Of a stretch of DNA of 64,000 nt, positions 21,499 to 31,970 are shown piece after piece (the stretch's first letter is position 1; each line of letters begins with the position of its first letter). The translations under genes and the position numbers were made by a program. The notes beneath the pieces were generated by a model. The model saw nothing but the letters and a program-made list of their open reading frames with translations. It ran no database searches and was not told the DNA's origin. Source of the stretch: Candidatus Dojkabacteria bacterium (lineage in GTDB: Bacteria > Patescibacteriota > Dojkabacteria > SC72 > T1SED10-24); NCBI GenBank assembly GCA_003554185.1, contig PWFU01000029.1, forward strand, positions 298 to 64,297, in the 5' to 3' direction.

Positions 21499-21565
21499 CC
21501 AACTTTTCCTAAAAAAAAATTGCAGAATTTAAAATAAAACACCCCTGTTTTCTACCCTATAGTAT

Positions 21566-21595
21566 TTGACAATGAATGCCTTCTAAAGGTATAAT
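21566..21595 (+). promoter_or_regulatory. Sigma70 promoter
   Basis: TTGACA-N18-TATAAT. Confidence 0.75.
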
Positions 21596-21631
21596 ATCCC
21601 TATACAGAAGATAAATTTTTGAGTTTTAAAA

Positions 21632-22219
21632 ATGAAAAACAGAGACGTTATAGTCATAATGGGAATAATATTAACAATAATAGCAGCAGAGCTATTTATA
21701 CTCTTCAATCTGTATAACCAATTTTTTGAAATAAAAGCGAATGAAAACGAAAGTGCATATGTCCTTTTGGAAAATGGGAAATATTTTGAAATGGAATGTG
21801 AAAGAGACGTTATAGATAACGCCATAGATTATACACACAGACCCTTTTCTGAAAATTCAGAAAAGAAAATAAACGGGCAGATACTGAAATACCAACAAAA
21901 ATGCACAAATGAAAACGGAGATTTGAAAGAAACAACACTTCGAAAGGGTAGGGAAGATCTAAGAATTTCTCAAAACATACAAACCAATGGGATAGAAGTA
22001 AATGATGGATCATACTATTACACACGCCTAGACTACCCAATCTCACCAGCAATGGAGGAAAATGATGAAAAAATTACAATGCAGGATTCTCATTGTGAAA
22101 TAGTGATTTATAAAGAGGAAGATCAAAAATACAAATTAACAGACAGTAGCATAAGGGTGGGAAAAGAGTATTCTGAAGAAATACAAATAAATATTGATAT
22201 GGATATTAAATGCCTATGA
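21632..22219 (+). CDS. Hypothetical membrane-anchored exported protein
   Basis: N-terminal TM, 4 Cys, overlaps the next gene. Confidence 0.75.
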   Translation: MKNRDVIVIMGIILTIIAAELFILFNLYNQFFEIKANENESAYVLLENGKYFEMECERDVIDNAIDYTHRPFSENSEKKINGQILKYQQKCTNENGDLKETTLRKGREDLRISQNIQTNGIEVNDGSYYYTRLDYPISPAMEENDEKITMQDSHCEIVIYKEEDQKYKLTDSSIRVGKEYSEEIQINIDMDIKCL

Positions 22220-24102
22220 TTATAAAAAGAATTATACTCAAAATATTATCCTTACTGCCATTTGTGTACTATTCCCATCTTATACTTGAAGGTATCTGGG
22301 AAGATTCTTTATTCTTCTTCATATACAATACTATAGTAGTATTTACCTTACCATTTTTACTAGCCAAAATATTCACTCGACAGCGAAATATAAGCTACCA
22401 GTCTATTATATATTTTCTAATATACCCAATCACATACCTACTAGCTTTCGCAATAACTCAATTAACACCCATAACTTTGCCACAACTTCTTCCTTTAATT
22501 TCCCTCCTTTTTGTATTAAAGTGGCATATACTAGCGCTATACCTTATAAAAACCATACGTAGTGACAATTTGAACAGATTTTTGAGATATTGCTTCTACC
22601 TTATCCCAGGAATAATTGCATATCTTATCATTTTCACAATTATACGCGATCCTAACAGCATCATTGCGCTAGACTATCTGCAACACTACGCTGTAAGCAC
22701 AGAAATGTACTCTGGAGAAATGCTTTGCATGGTTCCAAATCAATGCTCTGAACTGTTTATTCAAATAGGTTATACAACCTTTTATCACATAATACTTGGA
22801 TTTTTAACAGTCTTTAGCAATAGTACTCCCATTATGGCAATGTATGCCTTAGATATAGTTTTCCCATTTTTTATGGGATTATTAGTTTTTCAACTACTAG
22901 GCAAGTTTTCGAAAAACATTCCTATTAGAGTTCTTCTTACTCTATCATCAATGCTAATTTTCATTAACGGAGCATACGAGACAAGCTTTTTTATACCACA
23001 AACAATGGCTTTTGCATTTTTCTTAATGGCATTAAACATTAAAAATATGAAATTCAGTACACTTTTACAAATAGGTTTAATACTCTTGTTGACACACTTC
23101 ATTATTGGTACATATCTTCTTGGGTTTCTCATAGGAAAATACATTGTTGTAGATGTTTTACCTCAGAAACAAATCAACGTCTTTTATAAATACATATTAA
23201 TCTTTGCATTACTTACTCCCATACTGTTAACAATTGTTAACAGTGCGGGATTTTCCATAGAAGATGCATTCCAACAAGAAGCAACCACAATGATAGGTGG
23301 AGTAACTAATCAACCTTTTCCAGAGAACATTTGGAACTATTTTGATATTTGGAGTGGAATAGGATTATTCATTCTATTTGCTATATTTTTCCAACCTAAC
23401 AAAACAAACAGGTGGTATATATTCTCCTGTTTATACCTTGCCGGAGCATTGTCAATGTATCTATTAGAACCTACATACGCTTCAAAATTTTTAATAGGAA
23501 GCGGAATTAGGAGTATGATATTGGTATTAAAATACTTGAATGTATTACAAAGCGAGAAAATTAAGATCGCTATAGCAGCATTCATAGTAATTACTTTAAT
23601 CCCAACATTCTATTTTAACAAACAAGATTATCTTTCCTTTTATAAACAACACGACAATGTAACAAGTGCCATATCAGAAAGGGAAGAAGGCATGCTTGAA
23701 TATATACAAGAAGAAGAAAAAGATTGCATAGTAGTATCAGACCCCTTAACACAAATCTTAGTTGAATCTATAGGAGAGAATAAAACTGCTAGGGGGCAGT
23801 ACATAAAACCAGAATCCAGAAAAGAAATTTTTGAGTTTATAAAAAAACCTACACAAGAAAATTACTCACAATTAAAAGACATTGATGAACTAAAGGGCAG
23901 AGATATGTGCTTTATATATTCATCAAGATTAAATACTTCTTTAGAAACAGATAACGTTTTCTGGCTATTTCATATGTATAGTATCGTAATGGATAGTTCA
24001 AAACCTATACAAGACCCTACTGAGATTAAAAATACCATGGTAAGGGAGAATTACGAAATCATCTTTTACGATGATAACTATTTAATGTTTAGTAAAGAAT
24101 AA
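22210..24102 (+). CDS. Polytopic membrane protein, probably a GT-C-fold glycosyltransferase
   Basis: More than 10 TM helices, loop DYLQH...YTTFYH, soluble C-terminal domain with VVSDP. Confidence 0.55.
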   Translation: MPMIIKRIILKILSLLPFVYYSHLILEGIWEDSLFFFIYNTIVVFTLPFLLAKIFTRQRNISYQSIIYFLIYPITYLLAFAITQLTPITLPQLLPLISLLFVLKWHILALYLIKTIRSDNLNRFLRYCFYLIPGIIAYLIIFTIIRDPNSIIALDYLQHYAVSTEMYSGEMLCMVPNQCSELFIQIGYTTFYHIILGFLTVFSNSTPIMAMYALDIVFPFFMGLLVFQLLGKFSKNIPIRVLLTLSSMLIFINGAYETSFFIPQTMAFAFFLMALNIKNMKFSTLLQIGLILLLTHFIIGTYLLGFLIGKYIVVDVLPQKQINVFYKYILIFALLTPILLTIVNSAGFSIEDAFQQEATTMIGGVTNQPFPENIWNYFDIWSGIGLFILFAIFFQPNKTNRWYIFSCLYLAGALSMYLLEPTYASKFLIGSGIRSMILVLKYLNVLQSEKIKIAIAAFIVITLIPTFYFNKQDYLSFYKQHDNVTSAISEREEGMLEYIQEEEKDCIVVSDPLTQILVESIGENKTARGQYIKPESRKEIFEFIKKPTQENYSQLKDIDELKGRDMCFIYSSRLNTSLETDNVFWLFHMYSIVMDSSKPIQDPTEIKNTMVRENYEIIFYDDNYLMFSKE

Positions 24103-24216
24103 TTTAAAAGTGCTTTAAAAACTTGTTGGGTGCTATAACTTCATTTTGTATCACACCTATTTAAATAGAAGGGCTATTTCTTTCCAAAATATAGATAATC
24201 TTGGTAAAATAGAGAT

Positions 24217-25014
24217 ATGAAAAATCCTGAAACTAACATAAAAAATCAAAAAGATATTGGAAAAAGTAGTGAGCCGCTACTTTGCAAGAACAAGCGCTCT
24301 ATATTCCAAAACCGCATAGCTATCCTTGGGTTGGCTACATATATGCTCTTCTTATCTAATATCCCTGATTTAGCTAGTCAAAAACCACCCCAGGACAAAA
24401 GCCCCAGAGCCTATGGCGAAATAAGCGAAGCAAAAAGTCATTGTAGAATAATGGAGATAATATGCTCCAACATAATAGAAGATGAATGTAAACAAGACGA
24501 AGAGAGAAATTTTACAACTAGTGCTCATACAAGAGGACAATATTTGGAGAGAGGAAGTAGAAGTACAGAACAAGAAGAAAGTTTTGAATTACAAGAAAAG
24601 GTAAGCGTCGTAAAAGACTTTTTCGAGGATTTTACCGGCAAAGATGGACATAAAACACCTTTAAAAGGTTATGAAGAAGAAATTGTTAAATTTGCTGACG
24701 AATATGATATTGATTACAAATATGTAATAGCTATAGGAATGAAAGAGTCAAGATTAGGAACTGATGGTGGTGAAGGCATCTCTGGTAGACCTTTTAGACC
24801 ATATAATGCTTGGGGGCTCATGATAGATCCGAATGAACTTAACTCCTGGGAAGAAGGTATAGAAAGATTTTGCAGAATTCTATCGGAACATTACATAGAA
24901 CAGGGTTTAGAAACACCATATGAAATGGGCCCAAAATATTGCCCACCTAATTCTAAAAACTGGGCTAATGATGTATCCAAATTTATGTCTGACATTTCAA
25001 CTTATGAAGAATAA
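24217..25014 (+). CDS. Lysozyme-fold (glucosaminidase-like) peptidoglycan hydrolase
   Basis: YVIAIGMKESRLG, NAWG, SWEEGIERF, KYCPP..NWANDV. Confidence 0.7.
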   Translation: MKNPETNIKNQKDIGKSSEPLLCKNKRSIFQNRIAILGLATYMLFLSNIPDLASQKPPQDKSPRAYGEISEAKSHCRIMEIICSNIIEDECKQDEERNFTTSAHTRGQYLERGSRSTEQEESFELQEKVSVVKDFFEDFTGKDGHKTPLKGYEEEIVKFADEYDIDYKYVIAIGMKESRLGTDGGEGISGRPFRPYNAWGLMIDPNELNSWEEGIERFCRILSEHYIEQGLETPYEMGPKYCPPNSKNWANDVSKFMSDISTYEE

Positions 25015-26128
25015 AACCGAATATGATCTAATATCAATTTCACACTTCTTCTATCCAATCAAAGGTGGATTGGAAAATATGGCATTTAGTCTTTTGAAAC
25101 GTTTTGCCAAAGCGGGATACAAGTGTATTGCTATACATGGTGGAATAAACGAAACTAAATTTTACAAAAAAAATGATTTTGATATACAAACCTTTAAAAC
25201 AAAAAACATCTTTAATAATACATACCCTCTGTTTGGAATAAAATTTTTTAAATTTGTTAAAAAAACTATTAGAGAAAATTCAAATGCCAGGATTGTAGTG
25301 CATTCCAGACATTTGCTAAGCAGTTTTCTAACAGCTTGGATATGCTCAAGACTAAAAAGAGACTTTTATCTGGTAGAGCACACAGCACAAAAATCATTTG
25401 CAAAAACTTCAACAGCACAATTCTTAATGAATTTATACGACAAAACTTTTTCTAAATACGTAATTAAAAAGTCTAAGAAAATAGTATGTGTATCCAAGGC
25501 ATGCAAAAAATATAACAAAGAAAATTACAACACTCCTGAAGAAAAGTTAAAATTGATATATAACGGGATAGACTTTGAAGATATAGTTAAGTATAAAAAG
25601 GATTCTAAAGAAAATATTGTTGTTTTTGCTGCAAAATTCTTAAAAGTAAAAGATCCAATAACTACATACACGGTATTTAAAAAGCTATCCTCTAAATATC
25701 CGAAATGGACTTTTTACTTCATAGGAGATGGAGAAATTTTAAAACCCGAAAAAAGTACACTTAAAAACCTCAAAATTATAAACAGGATGATTGAAAGAGA
25801 AGAAGTTCTTTCTCTTCTAGGTAAATCAAAAATATACATTAATTCTTCACTAAGTGAAGCCCTTTCAATTGCAAACATAGAAGCTACCACACTAGGAAAC
25901 ATTCCTGTTTTTTCAGATGCACCTAGTAATAAAGAGATAGCTAAAAAATTAAACGCTTCTGAATATATTTTTACAAGGCAAGATGTACAAGACTTAGAAG
26001 CTAAAATAGAAAAAGCAATAAAAAGTGGTAAGAAAAAAGATATACACGAAAATATCTCAAAACTAACTAAAAAACATTTTGACAACCATAGAGTCTTTAG
26101 AGAGTACGAAGATTTACTCTTTACATAG
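25004..26128 (+). CDS. Glycosyltransferase family 4 (GT-B)
   Basis: FYPIKGGLE, IYNGID, SLSEALSIANIEA; the ATG at 25004 overlapping the upstream stop is preferred over 24920. Confidence 0.88.
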   Translation: MKNKTEYDLISISHFFYPIKGGLENMAFSLLKRFAKAGYKCIAIHGGINETKFYKKNDFDIQTFKTKNIFNNTYPLFGIKFFKFVKKTIRENSNARIVVHSRHLLSSFLTAWICSRLKRDFYLVEHTAQKSFAKTSTAQFLMNLYDKTFSKYVIKKSKKIVCVSKACKKYNKENYNTPEEKLKLIYNGIDFEDIVKYKKDSKENIVVFAAKFLKVKDPITTYTVFKKLSSKYPKWTFYFIGDGEILKPEKSTLKNLKIINRMIEREEVLSLLGKSKIYINSSLSEALSIANIEATTLGNIPVFSDAPSNKEIAKKLNASEYIFTRQDVQDLEAKIEKAIKSGKKKDIHENISKLTKKHFDNHRVFREYEDLLFT

Positions 26129-26176
26129 ATTACACGAAGTGTTAAAAAGAAATGGATAAGTTTTGGGTTTCTATTT

Positions 26177-28072
26177 ATGGTTGAAGTTGTTCCAAAAAAA
26201 TTTGGAGGGGAAGAGACAGATCCTTCCAAAGATCAGAATATACAAAGGGATTTAATAGATCGTCTCGATTCTACCGAAGCAGACAAAAACGATTTTCTCA
26301 AAAAATTGGCCCGAGGAGAAACAGCTCAAATACATGACATCCTAGATAACGTAGAAGGACCAATAACTGAAAAAGAAAACGACCCCGAAAGACCCACGGA
26401 AATATACAAAGAGGTTGGGAAATCAAATACAGCTACACGAAGTTTTGTTGAATATTTATTACAAGAAAACAAACCTGAGCCAGAACATATTGCTGAATTA
26501 ATTAAAGAAAATCCCAACCCACAATTTTTTGAAGAACTTTATGAATCAAGATTAAAACAATTACGAGAAGATAACAATTGGGAATTATATAACAGATTTA
26601 AGTACGAAGCTGATATACAAGGTTTAATGCATTCCCTCTATGGTAAACAAATGGAATATTTTGAAGAATTTAAGAATTTACAGAAAGAAGCTCAAGAAAA
26701 ATTTCCAGGAGAAACAAAACAAAGTAGGATAGAAAAAATCGAGAAAGAAGATGATCCTGAGAACTTAAAAGAGATTCTTATGGAAGAGTACGTAAACATT
26801 TTGGAGGAATTTGAAGAGCAAGGCGGCAAGCTACATGAAAGAACAATGAGGAATAAAAAATATCAAGATTTCCTTATGAATCATGAGATGTATGAAAATA
26901 TGAAAAAAAGATTTAAAGAATTAAGAAAGGAAGGGAAGTATAGTGGCCCTTTAACACCAATGTTTTTAAAAGTACACCGAGATGCTTTACAAGATTCAAT
27001 ATACAAGAGACAGCATCAAAATCCTAAAACTCGTCACGAAGAGATAAGGGAAGTTAAAGAGCAAGAAAGACGTTTACAGGAAGAGCTTGGAAAAATAGAT
27101 TATAATCTAGAAAAACAACCAGAAGTTACCAAAAAAGCTTTTGAAACTTTTAAATCTGAATTTTGCAAGATAGCTGAGATAAAAGGACAAAATTTAATTC
27201 TTTCAAAATTGATGAGTGAAGGAGAAGACAAGTATAAAAAGGTACTTGCACTAGTACAAGACCAAGAAAATCCTGAAAAATGGAATACTAGAATTTTTAG
27301 AATTTCCGGATCTGATTACCAATTCAAAGCCTTACCAGGATATAGGGATTTTGAAAAAGCATATATGAAAGGACAGGAAGATCATCCAAGACATCATTAT
27401 GTACAGAGTGCTAAACTACATAAAGAATTGTATAAAATCCTTGAGACATTACCTAAAAGTGATTCGGATATTTTATTACCAAAAGCAGCAGATGGGAAAA
27501 GAGAAGTACAAGAGAGACACAAAGAACTTATAGAAGACGAAAACGTCTCAGACGAATGGAATTGGGGTAAGTTCCAAAGATACTGCATGAATCTATACAA
27601 AAAATATATGCACAGAGACGAATCAATTAATTACGAAGAAGAATTCCAAAAATTTCCTAAAAGCATGATTCCAAATTTCGCAACAACCTTACCAGTAGAC
27701 AGTTATAGAAAGACTACAAAATGCAAAGATGGCTCTGAAACTGAAATAAATATAGAAGAGTATGAAGTTAAAAATAGCAAAACTGGAGAAAAACTGGTTT
27801 TCGCAATGGCCTCTGATCAAGAAGGAAGAGTATATATAGATAATGTTTACGATCCTGATGCTAATATGGACGGTTTTGGTATGCACGAGCCCATAATTAA
27901 TATGGGACATCTCGTATACAAACCAGAAGATTATAAAAAACAAATCGTACATATCCCTGAAAAATATGTAATAGACAAAGGAAAATATAGTGACATAAAT
28001 AAACTTTGGAGAGAAAACATCCCTATTATAAAGGAATATAAAAAACTCTTAGAAGAAAGAGGAGAAATTTGA
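26177..28072 (+). CDS. Hypothetical charged soluble protein (631 aa)
   Basis: Long ORF; helical E/K-rich N-half; globular C-half (FKALPG, HHYVQSAKLH, GRVYIDNVYD, GHLVYKPEDY). Confidence 0.8.
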   Translation: MVEVVPKKFGGEETDPSKDQNIQRDLIDRLDSTEADKNDFLKKLARGETAQIHDILDNVEGPITEKENDPERPTEIYKEVGKSNTATRSFVEYLLQENKPEPEHIAELIKENPNPQFFEELYESRLKQLREDNNWELYNRFKYEADIQGLMHSLYGKQMEYFEEFKNLQKEAQEKFPGETKQSRIEKIEKEDDPENLKEILMEEYVNILEEFEEQGGKLHERTMRNKKYQDFLMNHEMYENMKKRFKELRKEGKYSGPLTPMFLKVHRDALQDSIYKRQHQNPKTRHEEIREVKEQERRLQEELGKIDYNLEKQPEVTKKAFETFKSEFCKIAEIKGQNLILSKLMSEGEDKYKKVLALVQDQENPEKWNTRIFRISGSDYQFKALPGYRDFEKAYMKGQEDHPRHHYVQSAKLHKELYKILETLPKSDSDILLPKAADGKREVQERHKELIEDENVSDEWNWGKFQRYCMNLYKKYMHRDESINYEEEFQKFPKSMIPNFATTLPVDSYRKTTKCKDGSETEINIEEYEVKNSKTGEKLVFAMASDQEGRVYIDNVYDPDANMDGFGMHEPIINMGHLVYKPEDYKKQIVHIPEKYVIDKGKYSDINKLWRENIPIIKEYKKLLEERGEI

Positions 28073-28130
28073 CGAACTAATAAGTAGAGTATAAAGTGAA
28101 TCTAATTTAAATTCTAAAGTCTCTCAAAAC

Positions 28131-30251
28131 ATGAGTAAGAGAATAGAACAAGAAAAAGAAGGGAAAAAAATACCCACTGCTTATGATGTAGCTAATCAGA
28201 GAGCAGAAGAGCTACAAGGAAAAACAGAGAACGGAGGAGAAGATAAAGGCACAAGAATACCCTCTGCTTTTGATATAGCTAATCAGAAAGCAGAAGAGCT
28301 ACAAGAAAAAACAGAAAACGGAGGAGAAGATAAAGGCACGAAAATACCCACCGCTTTTGAAGCGGCTAATAGAAGGGCAACAGAGCAAGAACAAAACACA
28401 ACGGAAGAAGCAAGAAGAACAAATGAGCAAGAAACCCAAGAAAAGACAGAAGGAACAGCAGGAGCAGAAAATTCACAACAGGATAAAACAGAACCCCAAG
28501 AGGAAGATAGAGATTCTCTAGAAGCGAAAAAGGCAAGAGTAAAACAAAAACAAGAAATAGGAGAACAAAAGAGAAAAAGGAGGGAAGCAGAAAGAGATAG
28601 AGGAAGAGAAGCAATAAAGGGAAGAGCAGATAATTTAGAAAATTTAGAAGAATTAACAGATACATCAGGACAAGATTTTGAAGCCAAATATGATCAAAAA
28701 GAACGAGAACTAAAGGAGGGAGATAGAGAGAATGGTAAACTTGCCTTGGAAAAAGAAGGGGATCTCAGAAGAGAATATGAGAAATTGCAAGAACAAATTT
28801 ATGCATATAGAGATAGCGAAACAAGGGCTCAACACCCTCTTACCGTTAAAGAAATCCAAAATCTACAAAGCAGGAAAGACACAATAGAACAAGAACTAAA
28901 TAGAATAAACGAATTCTTTGGAGAACAAAACTTGAACAAAATGAGAGAGGAAATAGATAGGTCACAACACCCTATGAAAGAAGAAGATGTCTCCAGAGAA
29001 AGAGAAGATAGCATATATATATCATTAGGTAAACAAATAAGAGAAAGGTATGCCCATTTAAGAGACGAGTTAGGAAGACTACAAATGGAAAGAGAGGAAA
29101 TGATTGGCAGCAGCAAAAATATACGAGAACGTAAAAAAGCATTGGGCAGTAATAAAGAAGAACAAGAGAGGTTAATGCAGGATCTCGAAAATGTAGAACG
29201 AATCCTTCAACCAACGGAGGAAGTTCTACAAGAAGAAGAGCCTTCAACAGAAAGAGAAACCCCAGAAGTAGAAACCGAAGAAGAGGAAGAAGAAGGTGAT
29301 TTGGAATCTCAAATGGAAGAAGAACTTGATGATGATCTGGAAACTGAAGGAGGTGAACAAGGAGAACAAGAACAGACTCCTGAAGAACAAGAGAGGGGAG
29401 CTGAACAAAGTGATTTGGAAAAAGATAAAAAGGATAGAAAAAAGAAAATTTGGGATATGATTACGAGAGTCGCGGGAGGATTGCTGGGAGCAAAGGGAGG
29501 ATATGCTTTAGCAGGAGCAGCCTTAGCAACCGGCTCAATACCTCTTGTAGCAGGAATGTTTGTAGCTGGTGGGGCATTATTTCTTAAAAGAAAACAAATA
29601 GGAAAAGGAGCTGGGAGATTTCTTGGAAATTTTGCAGGAGATATAGCAGTATCCCTAAGAAGAATGACTAGAGACTATCAATCAGTAAGCGAAATAGAGA
29701 AAGAAGCAGAAATCCGCAAGAGGACTATGGAGATTTTTGAAGCGTTTTTCACAGGAGCAGCAGCAGGTACTGGAGTGGGAATTGTACTTGGTGGAGCATC
29801 CGGATTAATAGAAGGTGTTTATGCACCTGATGTGGAACCTACCGAGCCAACAGTTGAACCTGAACCAAGACCTACCGATCCAGTTGAAACAGGACAGGCA
29901 GCACCTACAGGAGAGGAATTTGAATCAGTCTTTGGAGAATTAGGAGAGAGTTTTGACCTTACAGAACATTTCAACGCTGAAGAAATACAAAATGCTATAA
30001 ATGAGGGAAATTTACTCGGGGAAAATTTACTCCTAGAACACGGCTCTATAGCTGAAGCACAAAATAGTTTTATGGAAATTTTGAATAATACGCCTGAATT
30101 GAGCAACATTGATTTCAGCACTCCAGAAAATACAAGAACTTTCCTGGAAGGTATATATGAAATTAATCGCGAAGTACTAACAAATGGCTCCATTACTGAA
30201 AAAGCTGTTGAAGGAATTGCTGATAATACAGTACAAGCCTTAACACAATAA
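28131..30251 (+). CDS. Acidic coiled-coil protein with N-terminal repeats and glycine-rich hydrophobic segments
   Basis: 706 aa; 29-aa repeats; AGGLLGAKGGYALAGAAL and TGAAAGTGVGIVLGGASG. Confidence 0.82.
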   Translation: MSKRIEQEKEGKKIPTAYDVANQRAEELQGKTENGGEDKGTRIPSAFDIANQKAEELQEKTENGGEDKGTKIPTAFEAANRRATEQEQNTTEEARRTNEQETQEKTEGTAGAENSQQDKTEPQEEDRDSLEAKKARVKQKQEIGEQKRKRREAERDRGREAIKGRADNLENLEELTDTSGQDFEAKYDQKERELKEGDRENGKLALEKEGDLRREYEKLQEQIYAYRDSETRAQHPLTVKEIQNLQSRKDTIEQELNRINEFFGEQNLNKMREEIDRSQHPMKEEDVSREREDSIYISLGKQIRERYAHLRDELGRLQMEREEMIGSSKNIRERKKALGSNKEEQERLMQDLENVERILQPTEEVLQEEEPSTERETPEVETEEEEEEGDLESQMEEELDDDLETEGGEQGEQEQTPEEQERGAEQSDLEKDKKDRKKKIWDMITRVAGGLLGAKGGYALAGAALATGSIPLVAGMFVAGGALFLKRKQIGKGAGRFLGNFAGDIAVSLRRMTRDYQSVSEIEKEAEIRKRTMEIFEAFFTGAAAGTGVGIVLGGASGLIEGVYAPDVEPTEPTVEPEPRPTDPVETGQAAPTGEEFESVFGELGESFDLTEHFNAEEIQNAINEGNLLGENLLLEHGSIAEAQNSFMEILNNTPELSNIDFSTPENTRTFLEGIYEINREVLTNGSITEKAVEGIADNTVQALTQ
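28170..28388 (+). repeat. Intragenic 87-bp tandem repeat, about 2.5 copies
   Basis: Units start at 28170, 28257 and 28344 (IPTAYDVANQRAEELQGKTENGGEDKGT-like). Confidence 0.9.
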
Positions 30252-30273
30252 ATTATTTTTAATATAATGAAAT

Positions 30274-30711
30274 ATGGAAAAATTAAAAAAGAAGATTGAA
30301 GAATTAAAAGAACTTGGTTTTACAAAAGAACAGGCAACGGAACTTATGGAAATCGGTGAAAAGGAAGTACTTGAGAAAGTTTTGGAGGAATTCTCTGCAA
30401 AGGTAGACGAGCAAACATATCAAGATTATCTACAAAGAGTAAAATCCGCCAAAGGAAATAATCAGGAGTTAACTAAACTTTTTACGGAAATAATGACTCA
30501 TGTATATGGCGAAGAAAATGTCGAGAGTAAAAGAGAAGAATTGTTTGTTGATTATGTACAAAGTATCATTGATTTAACAAAGGAAACAAAACATGTATAC
30601 AGGAAGTATTCAGAAGGGGACCCTGATACTGTAAAAGCCGTTGAAGATGCTCAAAAAGAACCTGAAGTTAAGGAAATGGCAGAAGAAATACAAAAAGACG
30701 AAGAAAATTAA
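30274..30711 (+). CDS. Small acidic helical hypothetical protein
   Basis: 145-aa ORF, LKELGFTKEQ..., 25 nt after the previous gene. Confidence 0.8.
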   Translation: MEKLKKKIEELKELGFTKEQATELMEIGEKEVLEKVLEEFSAKVDEQTYQDYLQRVKSAKGNNQELTKLFTEIMTHVYGEENVESKREELFVDYVQSIIDLTKETKHVYRKYSEGDPDTVKAVEDAQKEPEVKEMAEEIQKDEEN

Positions 30712-31970
30712 GATAGTGGATGATTTTCTTTGTGAGTTTTTTCAGCAAATTTGTCACTAGCGTGCACGTATCTCGTTGTTGTATTTAAACTTTCGTGACC
30801 AAGAAGAACTTGAATAGCTGCAGGACTAGCACCATTCTCAGCTAAATAAGTAGCAAAACCATGTCTAAGACTGTGAGCAGAAGTAGGAACAATAATCCCA
30901 AGCTTCCTTCTATATTCTGCAATTTTCTCTTGGACAAAATTCGTAGAAAGCCTTTTCCCACGAGAACCATCACGCCCTCCGCTAAAAGGGATGAATAGAG
31001 CAGGGGAGTCAAAGCTTTTAAGGAAGCCATTTTCTCTAAACTTTTCCAACATTTTTATATACCCATATGTTTCACGCTCAAGATTTATTATCTCAGAAAA
31101 AGAATCTATATCTGTATTACCATCACTTTTACCATGTTTTATTCTCACTTCTAAATACTTATCAAGCCAATACATAGATCTGTCTGTAAGATACACAAAA
31201 CGCTCTTTGTTTCCTTTTCCCATAACAAAAATTTTACCACTAGAGTTTATGTCTCCCAAATTTAGAGCCATAAGTTCTGAAATTCTCAAACCAGTAGCAA
31301 AAAGCATCTCTAAAATAGCTCTATTTCTAAGTGCAACATTAGAATTACTTTCAAAAGTCATAGGACACTCAATCAGATTTATAAGGTCTTCAATTTCTGC
31401 AACCTGAGATTTTTTCTTTTCAGCTTTAAGTAACTTAACAGCATCAGGAGCTATAGGTACATCTAGATCAAATTCTATACGATATCTCAAATATGACCTA
31501 AGAGCTGAGAGCATTCTATTATTACTCCTAGAATCTAAACCCGCTTTTTCTCTCCCGGTATCTTTCGAAACAAACTCTCCTAAAGTACCAAAAACCTTTC
31601 TATAGACGTTTTCAAGAAAGTTACCAGTAGATAAACCCCCAATGGATTTATTTTCGTTCAAATTTGCCCCCTTAGAGCTCGAAGTCGCTTTTTTGCTTTG
31701 AGAAAGGGATTTAAACTCACTTCTGTACCTTTTTAAGTCTTCTAGATGGTTTCCTTCTCTCAAATATCCTTTATAAAACGTTATTGTTTGTTTACTGACA
31801 TCTTCAAACTTTATATCATTGCTTTTCAGAAATAATGCAAATATAGATAAGTCTCTCGCATAATTATACAAAGTTAATAAACTATAATTATTATTTTGCA
31901 TTTCTAATAAAAAGCTATCCTGATCAGGTAATTTGGGTATTAAATTGTGTAAATCAGTATTTTTTTCCAT
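30708..31970 (-). CDS. Xer-family tyrosine recombinase with insertions
   Basis: RNRAILEMLFATGLRISEL (Arg), GKGNKER (Lys), HSLRH, LLGH, TTRY (Tyr). Confidence 0.93.
   Translation of the reverse strand: MEKNTDLHNLIPKLPDQDSFLLEMQNNNYSLLTLYNYARDLSIFALFLKSNDIKFEDVSKQTITFYKGYLREGNHLEDLKRYRSEFKSLSQSKKATSSSKGANLNENKSIGGLSTGNFLENVYRKVFGTLGEFVSKDTGREKAGLDSRSNNRMLSALRSYLRYRIEFDLDVPIAPDAVKLLKAEKKKSQVAEIEDLINLIECPMTFESNSNVALRNRAILEMLFATGLRISELMALNLGDINSSGKIFVMGKGNKERFVYLTDRSMYWLDKYLEVRIKHGKSDGNTDIDSFSEIINLERETYGYIKMLEKFRENGFLKSFDSPALFIPFSGGRDGSRGKRLSTNFVQEKIAEYRRKLGIIVPTSAHSLRHGFATYLAENGASPAAIQVLLGHESLNTTTRYVHASDKFAEKTHKENHPLS

Noticed and set aside
20669..21500. rRNA or tRNA gene downstream of the boxA
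   Set aside because: No rRNA or tRNA sequence follows; the enclosed region is an ORF with an SD.
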